Origin: a virus
IMG/VR virus record: IMGVR_UViG_3300018080_000110
Span: 85,225 to 149,224 of that record
Length of the DNA: 64,000 nt
Strand: one strand, 5' to 3'
Shown: positions 46,371-54,648 of the stretch, piece by piece
How the letters are laid out: each line of letters begins with the position of its first letter
How positions within the stretch are numbered: position 1 is the first letter of the stretch
Program-made: the position numbers and the translations under genes
The notes under the pieces: model-generated
Databases searched by the model: none
The model's input: the letters and a program-made list of their open reading frames with translations, nothing else
Told to the model about the DNA's origin: nothing

Positions 46371-46894
46371 CCCAAAATCTGTACCTCTCCCACGGCGTAA
46401 AGCGTGTAGTACGAAGCTCCGTAGTTGGTGAACGACATGCGAAGCACGCGACTAGAAGGACCAGTTTGAGCTAAATAAGCGTCGGTTAGCGAAATGTAGG
46501 CCCCCGAACTGGTAAAGATCCTAGCCGATAGTTCGAGCGATGTACCTGGTTTGGTGTTGAACCCGAAGTACCCTCCACTCTGCCAAAACGTCGGCCCTCC
46601 ATGGCTGAAACCAGACGCGTCCAGATACGCTGTACGGGTTGCGATCCAATGGCCCCCGCCTTTCCCACCAAAGTCATTCGTCTGCCAGTTAGATCTCAAG
46701 ATCAACATTGCCACTTTGGCGTCGAATGGCACAGACACGTCCCACTCACCAGGACCTCCTGGAAGAGGGGGGATAGACTGCGACGTGTTAGAAATCGAAA
46801 TTGAGGAAGGACGAATGTGGTGTTGGTCTATCGATACACCTGTTGCAGATGCATGCTTCAGCACATGAACCAATGGATCTATAGTCTTAGTCAT
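46367..46894 (-). CDS. Small virion-type protein, paralog 3 of 3
   Basis: ATGA coupling at 46894; DQHH motif; LTDAYL...LRMSFTN. Confidence 0.65.
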   Translation of the reverse strand: MTKTIDPLVHVLKHASATGVSIDQHHIRPSSISISNTSQSIPPLPGGPGEWDVSVPFDAKVAMLILRSNWQTNDFGGKGGGHWIATRTAYLDASGFSHGGPTFWQSGGYFGFNTKPGTSLELSARIFTSSGAYISLTDAYLAQTGPSSRVLRMSFTNYGASYYTLYAVGEVQILG

Positions 46895-47367
46895 TTCGCT
46901 GTCACGAGGCCCCACGCCCTAAGCGTCCTACTAGAAGGGTACGTATTGCGAAACACCAAAACTGTCTCATCGCCGTCAAGGTAGATATCCTTGAGGAGAC
47001 AACCAGTACCGAAGATCGAATCGGATAAGTAAGAGTCCCCGTGCAAGCGCGAGAATGAAGCGACGTAGGTGTAAACCCCGCTACCAGAAGAAGATCTCGA
47101 CGTACTCTCACCAGAAGTTTGATGCCCGCAAGCCCAAACACCTTGACTTCCTGCTCCGATGATCGACGACGGTCCCTTTAGCACCACCTCAGTCACTAAA
47201 TGGTCGTCACGAGTCCAAGTAATCCGGTGCTCGTGATCTCCGGGGGCGATGGACATGCCATTGATCTGCACGCGATCGTGCTCCACCTCTGGGTGGTGAT
47301 CGTGGGGTTGAATCCCTACAAAGAGATCGTGCTCGGTTATCCCGTCTGGTTGCTTACCTACCGTCAT
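46891..47367 (-). CDS. Small virion-type protein, paralog 2 of 3
   Basis: ATGA coupling at 47367; HDHH motif; LKDIYL...LVFRN. Confidence 0.65.
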   Translation of the reverse strand: MTVGKQPDGITEHDLFVGIQPHDHHPEVEHDRVQINGMSIAPGDHEHRITWTRDDHLVTEVVLKGPSSIIGAGSQGVWACGHQTSGESTSRSSSGSGVYTYVASFSRLHGDSYLSDSIFGTGCLLKDIYLDGDETVLVFRNTYPSSRTLRAWGLVTAK

Positions 47368-47861
47368 TCCAGAATCGCCGCTCCCTTCATCCACACAGTG
47401 GCACTCCCTCCGTACCGATTCTTCATCACGAAGCGGAGGGTGCTCCCTGTGATATAGCAGTCCTGTACTGCGATCCATCTATTCGACGAAGAAGTGTTGT
47501 TGTCAAACACGTAATCCGTCAAGATCGAATCGCCCGCACCTTTCGCCCAAGTTCCACCGTACTGCCTCCCTCCAGCATCACGAGCGCAGTTTCCGGCACC
47601 GTCACTAGATGATGTGGTGGCCTGGACGTAGCCACCTTCTTTGGCTGGGCCCGAAAAAATAGCTACTTTAGGACCGTGAATCAGAATACGAGCTATTTGG
47701 TAATCAGAACGGGGAAGGGTTACGTCAACGTTGGCTGTCGACCCTGGAGGGATGGATGTGGAAGTATCGTTGATCTCTACGTACGTTGGCGCCGCATGAT
47801 GATCGTGCAGACCAGCATCAGGGGGATGGATCAACCCATCGGTGCCACGTGTGATGGTCAC
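47364..47861 (-). CDS. Small virion-type protein, paralog 1 of 3
   Basis: HDHH motif; VQDCYI...LRFVMKN. Confidence 0.65.
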   Translation of the reverse strand: MTITRGTDGLIHPPDAGLHDHHAAPTYVEINDTSTSIPPGSTANVDVTLPRSDYQIARILIHGPKVAIFSGPAKEGGYVQATTSSSDGAGNCARDAGGRQYGGTWAKGAGDSILTDYVFDNNTSSSNRWIAVQDCYITGSTLRFVMKNRYGGSATVWMKGAAILE

Positions 47862-48100
47862 TATCCGACCTCACCGCAGACCTTCTCGAATTCGGCAGTA
47901 TCCAAGCGGAGAAGAGGGCACTTCACACGCAGGCGCTCGATGAGCCGTTGCAGCTCCTCGATGCGGGTACCGTGTTGATGATACCCTTCTACTACGAGAG
48001 CTGCGTTGGCGGCAGCTTGCCGCAACACAGGCTCCATAGCAGCCACGTCCTTTTTGACTGTCCTGATCTCCTTCAAGAGGAGGTCTAACTTCTTCTCCAC
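47861..48100 (-). CDS. Small coiled-coil protein
   Basis: GGAGG RBS; coupled. Confidence 0.6.
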   Translation of the reverse strand: MEKKLDLLLKEIRTVKKDVAAMEPVLRQAAANAALVVEGYHQHGTRIEELQRLIERLRVKCPLLRLDTAEFEKVCGEVG

Positions 48101-48101
48101 G

Positions 48102-48491
48102 TCACCCCTCCTCCGAACCCAACATGGAAGGAGTGATCGCGGGGAATCTATCCCCCGTCTCCCGTCTGTTCTCTTGGGCTCTGATACTAGCTGCCGCAGC
48201 CTTCTTGCGCACGCGGGTTGCGAAGTTGATGACGTGCGTCGTGTTGCTGTCAGCCAACCTCTGGACCGCAGAAGCCCGCTTACCCTTATCTTCTGCGTCC
48301 AACTCCCGCATCAGAGACAGCACTTCACGAAGCTGCGGTTCTGTGATGAGGTTTAGTCCCACAAGAAGACGACCGTACCTCTCCTCCTCAGTGGACTGTG
48401 TGAGATCTTCCGTGGCCTCTTCCAGTTGCCTGCGGGAGATGAAGCCCATCTGAACAATGAGATCTCCAAGCGTCAGACCAGACTTGGTCAT
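48102..48491 (-). CDS. Standalone MshEN (T2SSE_N)-like domain protein
   Basis: Tandem motifs TLGDLIVQMGFISRRQLEEA and RYGRLLVGLNLITEPQLREVL match RLGxxLxxxGxIxxxQLxxAL. Confidence 0.7.
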   Translation of the reverse strand: MTKSGLTLGDLIVQMGFISRRQLEEATEDLTQSTEEERYGRLLVGLNLITEPQLREVLSLMRELDAEDKGKRASAVQRLADSNTTHVINFATRVRKKAAAASIRAQENRRETGDRFPAITPSMLGSEEG

Positions 48492-48784
48492 CGGTTTCTC
48501 CTGTCCGTCAAGATGTTGAGAGTTGCCACTACGTGGTCCAACGTTTTGTCGTTCTCCCGCAGCACACCCGCCACTTCCGTAGAAGCTCTTGTCTGCTTCT
48601 CCGACATCTCGATGACTTTATCGTAGAGCTCGTCCTTGCTCTCTCTGTCCTTGTCACGCAGAGATCTCTCACTTTGAAGAGCTCTCAAAGACCAGATGTA
48701 TAGCGCAATGAAGATTACCGCCAAGACATACCCACCACCTAGCGTGAGATACGATTTCAAGACTGGGCTGATCAAAGCATCCAT
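48488..48784 (-). CDS. Holin-like single-TM protein with coiled-coil tail
   Basis: N-terminal GGGYVLAVIFIALYIW TM followed by a charged helix (BhlA-like architecture). Confidence 0.55.
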   Translation of the reverse strand: MDALISPVLKSYLTLGGGYVLAVIFIALYIWSLRALQSERSLRDKDRESKDELYDKVIEMSEKQTRASTEVAGVLRENDKTLDHVVATLNILTDRRNR

Positions 48785-48801
48785 AGAAGACCCCTCGTGG
48801 C

Positions 48802-49089
48802 TTACTCCAATTCGTAAGCCAACCGATGCTTGCCAACGATCTTTGCGCTATTCAGTCGCCCGCCCAGCCTGTCCCCCAACTTGGACATCAACACCGCCTT
48901 GGCTCTCGCCACCTCCATAAGCCTCTTCTGCGCCTCCCTCAACTGGATTGCTGCTAGCTTCTCTTCTGCGGCAGCTAGACGTTCTTTTGTGAGAACGATC
49001 TCTATCGAAGTTGCCTCTTCATGAGTTAGCTCTACGATCCCTGACTTGTTAGATCCCCCGGCCGGGACCTTCTCTGCCTCCGCTTGCAT
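48802..49089 (-). CDS. Small coiled-coil protein
   Basis: TAATG coupling; GGAGG RBS. Confidence 0.6.
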   Translation of the reverse strand: MQAEAEKVPAGGSNKSGIVELTHEEATSIEIVLTKERLAAAEEKLAAIQLREAQKRLMEVARAKAVLMSKLGDRLGGRLNSAKIVGKHRLAYELE

Positions 49090-49316
49090 TACCCCTCCAG
49101 AAACTGGCTGATACTGTCAGCCAACAGCTTCTTCGAGTCAGTGACGCCTTGGTTGGCCACTTTGCCGGCGCCTGTTCTGTTCTTGATCACAGACTTCATG
49201 AACTTCACATCTGCGTCCAATTGCTCTTTCTTCTTGTTGCCGTACTTCTTCACGGCGTCCTCGAGAGCGTCGAGACGCTTGTCCCGCTCTGTCTTTCTCA
49301 GTTCTTCGGTAGCCAT
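49089..49316 (-). CDS. Small helical protein
   Basis: Coupled to the sigma factor stop. Confidence 0.6.
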   Translation of the reverse strand: MATEELRKTERDKRLDALEDAVKKYGNKKKEQLDADVKFMKSVIKNRTGAGKVANQGVTDSKKLLADSISQFLEG

Positions 49317-50119
49317 CACGACCCCTCATAAGATTTCCACTTGGCCGCAATGGAACCTTTCAAACGCGATATCTTTGGCGCACTCATTTTGAGCCTTTTC
49401 GCTATGTCTCCTGTACCAAGACGAGGCTTGCCGGCTACACCATGAACGTACTCAAACACCGCTCGTTCGTCATTAGAGAGATCGTACGGCAGCAAATTCA
49501 TGATCTCTTTCGTGCGCGACATCTGAAAAGACGTGGGGTCTTTGTCTCCGAACTGCCCCACCGGATGGGACCTACGCAGTTCAGTACGTAACATCTCTAC
49601 CTGGTTTTTGGGTATTTTCGCGTAGTCCGAGATCTCCAACACAGTCGGAGACCGCCCAAGACGTTGACGAAGAGTATCTTCCGCCGTTTGGAACTGAGTG
49701 ATGTGCTTCAGTCGCTTCTCCCCAATCCTGGCAGGGTTCTGGTAGGTGTTGATGAACCTGTTGGCCTTCATCAACCTGTAGTTGATCCAGGTCGACATCT
49801 TACCCTTGTTCGGATCGAACGTGTCCAGAGCGCCAAGCAGCTGATTACGGAACTCGGACTGGATAGCACTTGGAGGAATGTCCCGTACCCGATGCTGAAA
49901 GATCTTCATTCGGTTGTTGACCAATGGCTGCAGAGACTGAACTAACGGTCTGAGATGCTCTGGCCTCTTACCGCTCGTCTGCCACTGCTGCCACATCTGG
50001 AGCTCTTTTCGCGCACGATCGGTGAGGGGTTTGCGCTTTCCCTGCGCAAACCCGTCCTTTTCAAGGTCTTGCTCCCCATAGCCGAGGGACTCGAGCGCGT
50101 CATCGAGCGGGTTCGACAT
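49316..50119 (-). CDS. Phage-encoded sigma70-family sigma factor
   Basis: Region 2 ALDTFDPNKG.MSTW, region 3 LRQRLGRSPT..EI, and region 4 HTH DIAKRL.MS..KISRLK. Confidence 0.88.
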   Translation of the reverse strand: MSNPLDDALESLGYGEQDLEKDGFAQGKRKPLTDRARKELQMWQQWQTSGKRPEHLRPLVQSLQPLVNNRMKIFQHRVRDIPPSAIQSEFRNQLLGALDTFDPNKGKMSTWINYRLMKANRFINTYQNPARIGEKRLKHITQFQTAEDTLRQRLGRSPTVLEISDYAKIPKNQVEMLRTELRRSHPVGQFGDKDPTSFQMSRTKEIMNLLPYDLSNDERAVFEYVHGVAGKPRLGTGDIAKRLKMSAPKISRLKGSIAAKWKSYEGS

Positions 50120-50512
50120 CTACTGCTCCAAGATCTGCCGCATCTCGTCAGCAAACGCACTCAGCTTCACTTCACTGGTTTTCTCTGCTACCGCCTTAGA
50201 TCCATCAGCGCTCGGCTTCGAGTAAGAGCTCAACAAGGCACGCAGATCTGACTGAGTCTGCTTTTTTGCGGTGCCGAACTCAGAAAACGCATCAGAGAGA
50301 TAGTCCTGCTTCCCCTCTTTACTCGCCTTCTCCACGCCCTTGCTGGACGAAGCCTCCTCGCCACGCGTTCCCTGCCCAGGGCCCTTGTCGGGCTGAAGAA
50401 GCTCTGGGACATCGTCGGACTGCTTTCCCTTGACAACCTTGCCGTCATCATCTCCGGTCTGGTACGCAATCTTCGCCATAGCGCGAATGAAGTCTTCCCT
50501 ACTGTGAAACAT
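50120..50512 (-). CDS. Hypothetical protein with AFADEMRQI / AMAKIA motifs
   Basis: GGAG RBS; coupled. Confidence 0.65.
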   Translation of the reverse strand: MFHSREDFIRAMAKIAYQTGDDDGKVVKGKQSDDVPELLQPDKGPGQGTRGEEASSSKGVEKASKEGKQDYLSDAFSEFGTAKKQTQSDLRALLSSYSKPSADGSKAVAEKTSEVKLSAFADEMRQILEQ

Positions 50513-50816
50513 GACCTTCTCCTGTGCGGGAATGAGCAGCTCCTCTACTCATTTTAACCCGTTCTAGCTCGTCGAAGAAGCCTGACAGCATAGCCGTTTT
50601 ACGATACTCTTTGGTGGGCTTATACATCTTTGCCTTGGCCGTTGCTACGCCTTCGCGCGTGCGGAAACCCTTTGGACTTTTGCCCACTTTGTGCGCTTGC
50701 TGCGTAGCGATGGCGAACGATGTGCCCTCTTCCATGTCAGGATTCTTCTTGCGAAGCTTCTTCGCCCGCATGTAGATCCATTTGCCCCCAGGTCCATAAC
50801 TTCCTCGTCCAGGCAT
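50499..50816 (-). CDS. Small basic protein with GFFDELERV motif
   Basis: TAATG coupling; KKNPDM....FAIAT.Q motif. Confidence 0.7.
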   Translation of the reverse strand: MPGRGSYGPGGKWIYMRAKKLRKKNPDMEEGTSFAIATQQAHKVGKSPKGFRTREGVATAKAKMYKPTKEYRKTAMLSGFFDELERVKMSRGAAHSRTGEGHVSQ

Positions 50817-51310
50817 TAGCGCTCTCCCTGCCGTAAGATCTCTTTGGCCACAGACTTACGCTTGTTCTTCTCTGCCCAATCTCGTAATCCCTGACTGGCC
50901 AAACCTGCTAGAGCTCCTACAGTACCAAAAGCCTTCGCCGTTCGTTTTCCTCCGTACACACCGCCCAAAAGAGCTGCAGGGACAGCAGCTTTAGCAGCCG
51001 AAGATGCGTAAGGCTGCGCCTTGACGAATCCCCGCATTACTCTCTCCTTGGTATCCTCACTGGATGCAGTCTTGCCTACGGAGGCACCCTCATCTTCCTC
51101 TCCTACTAACTGGGCAGACTCAGGTTGCTCTAGATCTGGGTCTTGAGCTGTCTGTTCCGGTTCGGTGATGTCCGGGGAGCTCTTGCTCAAAAGGTTGTGC
51201 GCTCTGATGGGGCGCGTTCCTCGACGAGCCTGAAGATGATTCGCCATCCTGTAAGAGGTGCCGATCTTTTCCAACTCGTCGTAAAAACCTTCTAGAATAG
51301 AGAGTTGCAT
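50816..51310 (-). CDS. Protein with GFYDELEKIG tag and Gly/Ala hydrophobic C-terminus
   Basis: Starts 6 nt after a -10-like box. Confidence 0.7.
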   Translation of the reverse strand: MQLSILEGFYDELEKIGTSYRMANHLQARRGTRPIRAHNLLSKSSPDITEPEQTAQDPDLEQPESAQLVGEEDEGASVGKTASSEDTKERVMRGFVKAQPYASSAAKAAVPAALLGGVYGGKRTAKAFGTVGALAGLASQGLRDWAEKNKRKSVAKEILRQGER

Positions 51311-51316
51311 GACCTA

Positions 51317-51346
51317 GTTATACCCTTTCCAAGCGTCCTCTGACAA
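51317..51346 (-). promoter_or_regulatory. sigma70-like promoter, leaderless geometry
   Basis: TTGTCA-18 nt-TATAAC-6 nt-ATG(51310). Confidence 0.5.
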
Positions 51347-51350
51347 GAGA

Positions 51351-54300
51351 TCAACCGATCAGACCTCTAGATCCCGTCAACTCTCCGACATAGTCGCGAA
51401 CTGCAGCGCGTCTACGCTTTCTGACATCGAGTTTAGCCGCCACCTTGCGCTTACTTTTGCTTAACCCCAAGACACGCTTCACCGTAGGGCTGACCAACCC
51501 AAAGAGATCTTCTACGTCCCCGAAAGCGCGGCTATGGAACCCCTCCTTACCTGACACCTCGTAACCCACTTTCGTGACGTAACGGGACACATACCGATAC
51601 CCATAAACAGCAGGACGTGGGGTGACGGGCGCTACACTGACTTGGGGTTCCCCTGGGATGCTTTGATCACGGAATTTGTTCAGGTCAAAGGTGTCCTCTA
51701 TAGCCTTGCGCTTGAGGTACTTTTTCTTGACAACTTTCTTGACCTTCTTTTCCGTCCTCTTGATCTCTAGATCGCTCCCGCCAAGGATGTCCACCATGGT
51801 CGCCACAGGGCGCCAGGTGTAGGCGCGAAGAAAGTCTCCCACGTCAAGGTTGTTCACTTTCACGAAACTGTACGAACGTATCAAGAAATCAACCGAGTTC
51901 TCGATCGTCCTCTCTTGCTCCTGAAGCAGAACGGCGTTCTGGTTCTTCGCCGTTTCCGCTTTAGCTGCCGCTCTAGCGTCGGTCCGTTTCGCTTGAGCTG
52001 ACTTCCTTCCTCTGCTAGAAGCCTTACCCGTCTCTTCTGCTTGAAGACCAGACACATCATCCTGACCAACAAAGAAACGGTGCCCCTCGTTAAAATCTGA
52101 CGTGGGGGCTATATTGAAACCTCCAATATCAGTCAGAGCGCCAATACCGAAAAGTTGATCGTAGGTCTCTGATACTTTCGGGGGAGCCCACCCGTCCCAA
52201 ATCCAAGGAGGCCGAATAGCTTCCTCGATAGGTAGATCGATCTTGTCCCTCTTGTATCGAGTGTGGCTTTCTGTAACCTCATAGGCGCGAAAACGATACT
52301 TGTCCACATTCGTGGTCTGGGTGTTCTCTCCGATCACCGCAGCTGTGTTCTGGTACGCAGCATTGATGTAGTCGAAGGAACCCACCCTTACTTTGTTCGC
52401 GTCCTTCTCACCCCATACCTTCAGGTAGCTGTTCCTGTTTCGATTGGTGACATCCTTGACCCGTGTGATCCTTCCACCGCGTATCCCCCTCTTACCTACC
52501 TTGGGTGGATTGGCTGGAGTCGCCGCAACGACACTCTTGCTAGATCCACTTCCAGTAGCTTTGGTCACAGTAGCTTTGTCTACACCGAGGAACTCAGTAC
52601 TCTCCCTGTGGACACGTGAATGGGTGAAGTTGTAGGAAGACCTTCCTCCCTCTTGAGAGATGGAGTGCATCAAAGTAGCGCACGTGCCTAGATACTGAGG
52701 GCCGACAAGTTCTTTGAGAATCTCACTCCGTGTGAGCGAGCCAGATAACCCGAGCTCTACTACTTGGTCTTCTGGGTTCAGTGCAGAAATATCTAGGGCA
52801 CTCTCGTCCATGTACTTGTCGATGATCAATGTCGGGAAGCCGGGGACAAACATAGGATTGAACCTTCCAGTTACCTCCATCCCCCGAGACTCAAACCGGT
52901 ACTTGAAATACTGGAAGTTCACCGCTCGTTGAGCGTACCCGACCTTGGCTCCTGCCTTGCGAACTTTTCCCGATCTCATTGCAAACAAGTTAGCTTCACT
53001 AAGGTTCTCAAACATCGGGATGATGCCTGTGTACAACTCGTGATCCATGATCAATCTTGCGAAGCGACGACTGGACAGCTTGACCCCTCTTCTCACGTCC
53101 TCTACGTTCGGGGCGTAGTAGCGTCCGTTGAATAGGGCGTCGTTACCCAGAATCTCGTTATGCGTTTGGAGCTCGAGCCTGCTGACCTCCCGTAGATATT
53201 GCCGGGCGAAGCTGAACGTCTCGTAATGCTCTGGGAAGAGCACGTTGCATCTGGGAGGCGCGGTGTACCAAACATCTGGGCGGAAGATCTGGTTGTTCAC
53301 CCGTGATACAAGAGATACTTCCACCGACCGATTCCGACCAAACTTCACCCCCAGTATCCGCGAAAGGACAGAGATCGCCTCAGAGTATCTGCTGTTGATC
53401 CCCTTGTAATTTCGATCCAGGGTCCCCATCCTTCTTTTGACGACGGGACTTTCCGGGTCTGCATTAAGAATTTCCCTTGTAAAGTAGGAAAGAGATCTAA
53501 TCTCTACAGATAGCTGACGGAGCAAGGACAGGTTCTTCTGCGCCTTCTTCGGTCCCTGCGCCATACCCTGAGCCCAGAGCTGCTGGACCGAATTGTGGAA
53601 AGCGCTCCACGAATTGAGATACACGCGGGCAGCCTCCCGCACCAAAGAGAACGTGGCCCCGCTACCCCTAGAATTCTTCCAGGTGGTCAAGTTCTGCTGC
53701 GCCTCGCGTGCGAGATTTCGACAAAGTTCTGCCTTGGCGGCGAAACCGCGGTACTTGCTTGTCTTCTTGAGCCCCACAGAATATCGCCTGCGCTCCTTCC
53801 TCGTGCTCGAAGGGATGAACTTGGCCACCGGGCAGGGATAGACCTCGTGGAAGATGAACCCAAAACAGATCTTGACGAGCCCCCGAAAGGATACGAGTTT
53901 ACCGAGACTCCCCGTAGATCGATTCATCCACATGTTGAACGCCTTGCGTGCGAACAAACGTGCCGTGCTTGTGTCAGCCTCTGCGGCCGTGATTTGTTGA
54001 AGGACCTTTACCCGAAGCTCGGCTATGGATGTGAAGTCGTTGGCTCCCCTAAATGAGTTACGGCCATAGTAGCTACCACCTATGGCTTCTAGCATCCGTA
54101 CTACACCGGCTAGCAGACCGCGCAACTTGGGGAAGTTCACAGATCTCCCGTTCAGGAGACGGCTGATAGTCCCCGTACCGTGACCGAGCGGGCTGGTGAA
54201 GAAGTTGGAGTTGGCGCCGATGAAAGCTGCTTTCCGACGACCGCCGAAAAGAGATCCACCGAAGTTGTACTGGAACGTGGTGTCCCAATAGTTGCTGAAA

Positions 54301-54644
54301 TCGGCGCACTCCAAAACCACTGCGCGAGACCCGTACTGCTTCTGAAACTTGATTGTCACTAGCTCACCCATGAAGAGGAGCTTGTAACGAGAGTTCAAGA
54401 AGTCTACCGCCTCGTCACCACCCAGTACCTCATGATCTACTGCGGCGTTCCCTGCCTGGACATAGTCGTAGAAAAAAAGGTGGACCACTGTTCGGGGAAG
54501 AAGATCTAAGACTTTGTCTGTCGCAATGATCTGGATGCTGGCGCTAGCAGGAGTATTGGCAGTCATCTGAATAGACGCAGCCACCACGGGAACTTCTACT
54601 CCCTCGAGGAACAAACGTAGATGAAGATATTGCCCTTGAGCCAT
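51351..54644 (-). CDS. Baseplate hub-like (gpD/gp27-type) tail protein
   Basis: N-terminal LFLEGVEVPV..ASI...ASIQ, LLF.GE...V.L.C.D; C-terminal GRFNP..VPG.P; position downstream of the tape measure gene. Confidence 0.6.
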   Translation of the reverse strand: MAQGQYLHLRLFLEGVEVPVVAASIQMTANTPASASIQIIATDKVLDLLPRTVVHLFFYDYVQAGNAAVDHEVLGGDEAVDFLNSRYKLLFMGELVTIKFQKQYGSRAVVLECADFSNYWDTTFQYNFGGSLFGGRRKAAFIGANSNFFTSPLGHGTGTISRLLNGRSVNFPKLRGLLAGVVRMLEAIGGSYYGRNSFRGANDFTSIAELRVKVLQQITAAEADTSTARLFARKAFNMWMNRSTGSLGKLVSFRGLVKICFGFIFHEVYPCPVAKFIPSSTRKERRRYSVGLKKTSKYRGFAAKAELCRNLAREAQQNLTTWKNSRGSGATFSLVREAARVYLNSWSAFHNSVQQLWAQGMAQGPKKAQKNLSLLRQLSVEIRSLSYFTREILNADPESPVVKRRMGTLDRNYKGINSRYSEAISVLSRILGVKFGRNRSVEVSLVSRVNNQIFRPDVWYTAPPRCNVLFPEHYETFSFARQYLREVSRLELQTHNEILGNDALFNGRYYAPNVEDVRRGVKLSSRRFARLIMDHELYTGIIPMFENLSEANLFAMRSGKVRKAGAKVGYAQRAVNFQYFKYRFESRGMEVTGRFNPMFVPGFPTLIIDKYMDESALDISALNPEDQVVELGLSGSLTRSEILKELVGPQYLGTCATLMHSISQEGGRSSYNFTHSRVHRESTEFLGVDKATVTKATGSGSSKSVVAATPANPPKVGKRGIRGGRITRVKDVTNRNRNSYLKVWGEKDANKVRVGSFDYINAAYQNTAAVIGENTQTTNVDKYRFRAYEVTESHTRYKRDKIDLPIEEAIRPPWIWDGWAPPKVSETYDQLFGIGALTDIGGFNIAPTSDFNEGHRFFVGQDDVSGLQAEETGKASSRGRKSAQAKRTDARAAAKAETAKNQNAVLLQEQERTIENSVDFLIRSYSFVKVNNLDVGDFLRAYTWRPVATMVDILGGSDLEIKRTEKKVKKVVKKKYLKRKAIEDTFDLNKFRDQSIPGEPQVSVAPVTPRPAVYGYRYVSRYVTKVGYEVSGKEGFHSRAFGDVEDLFGLVSPTVKRVLGLSKSKRKVAAKLDVRKRRRAAVRDYVGELTGSRGLIG

Positions 54645-54648
54645 GAGA

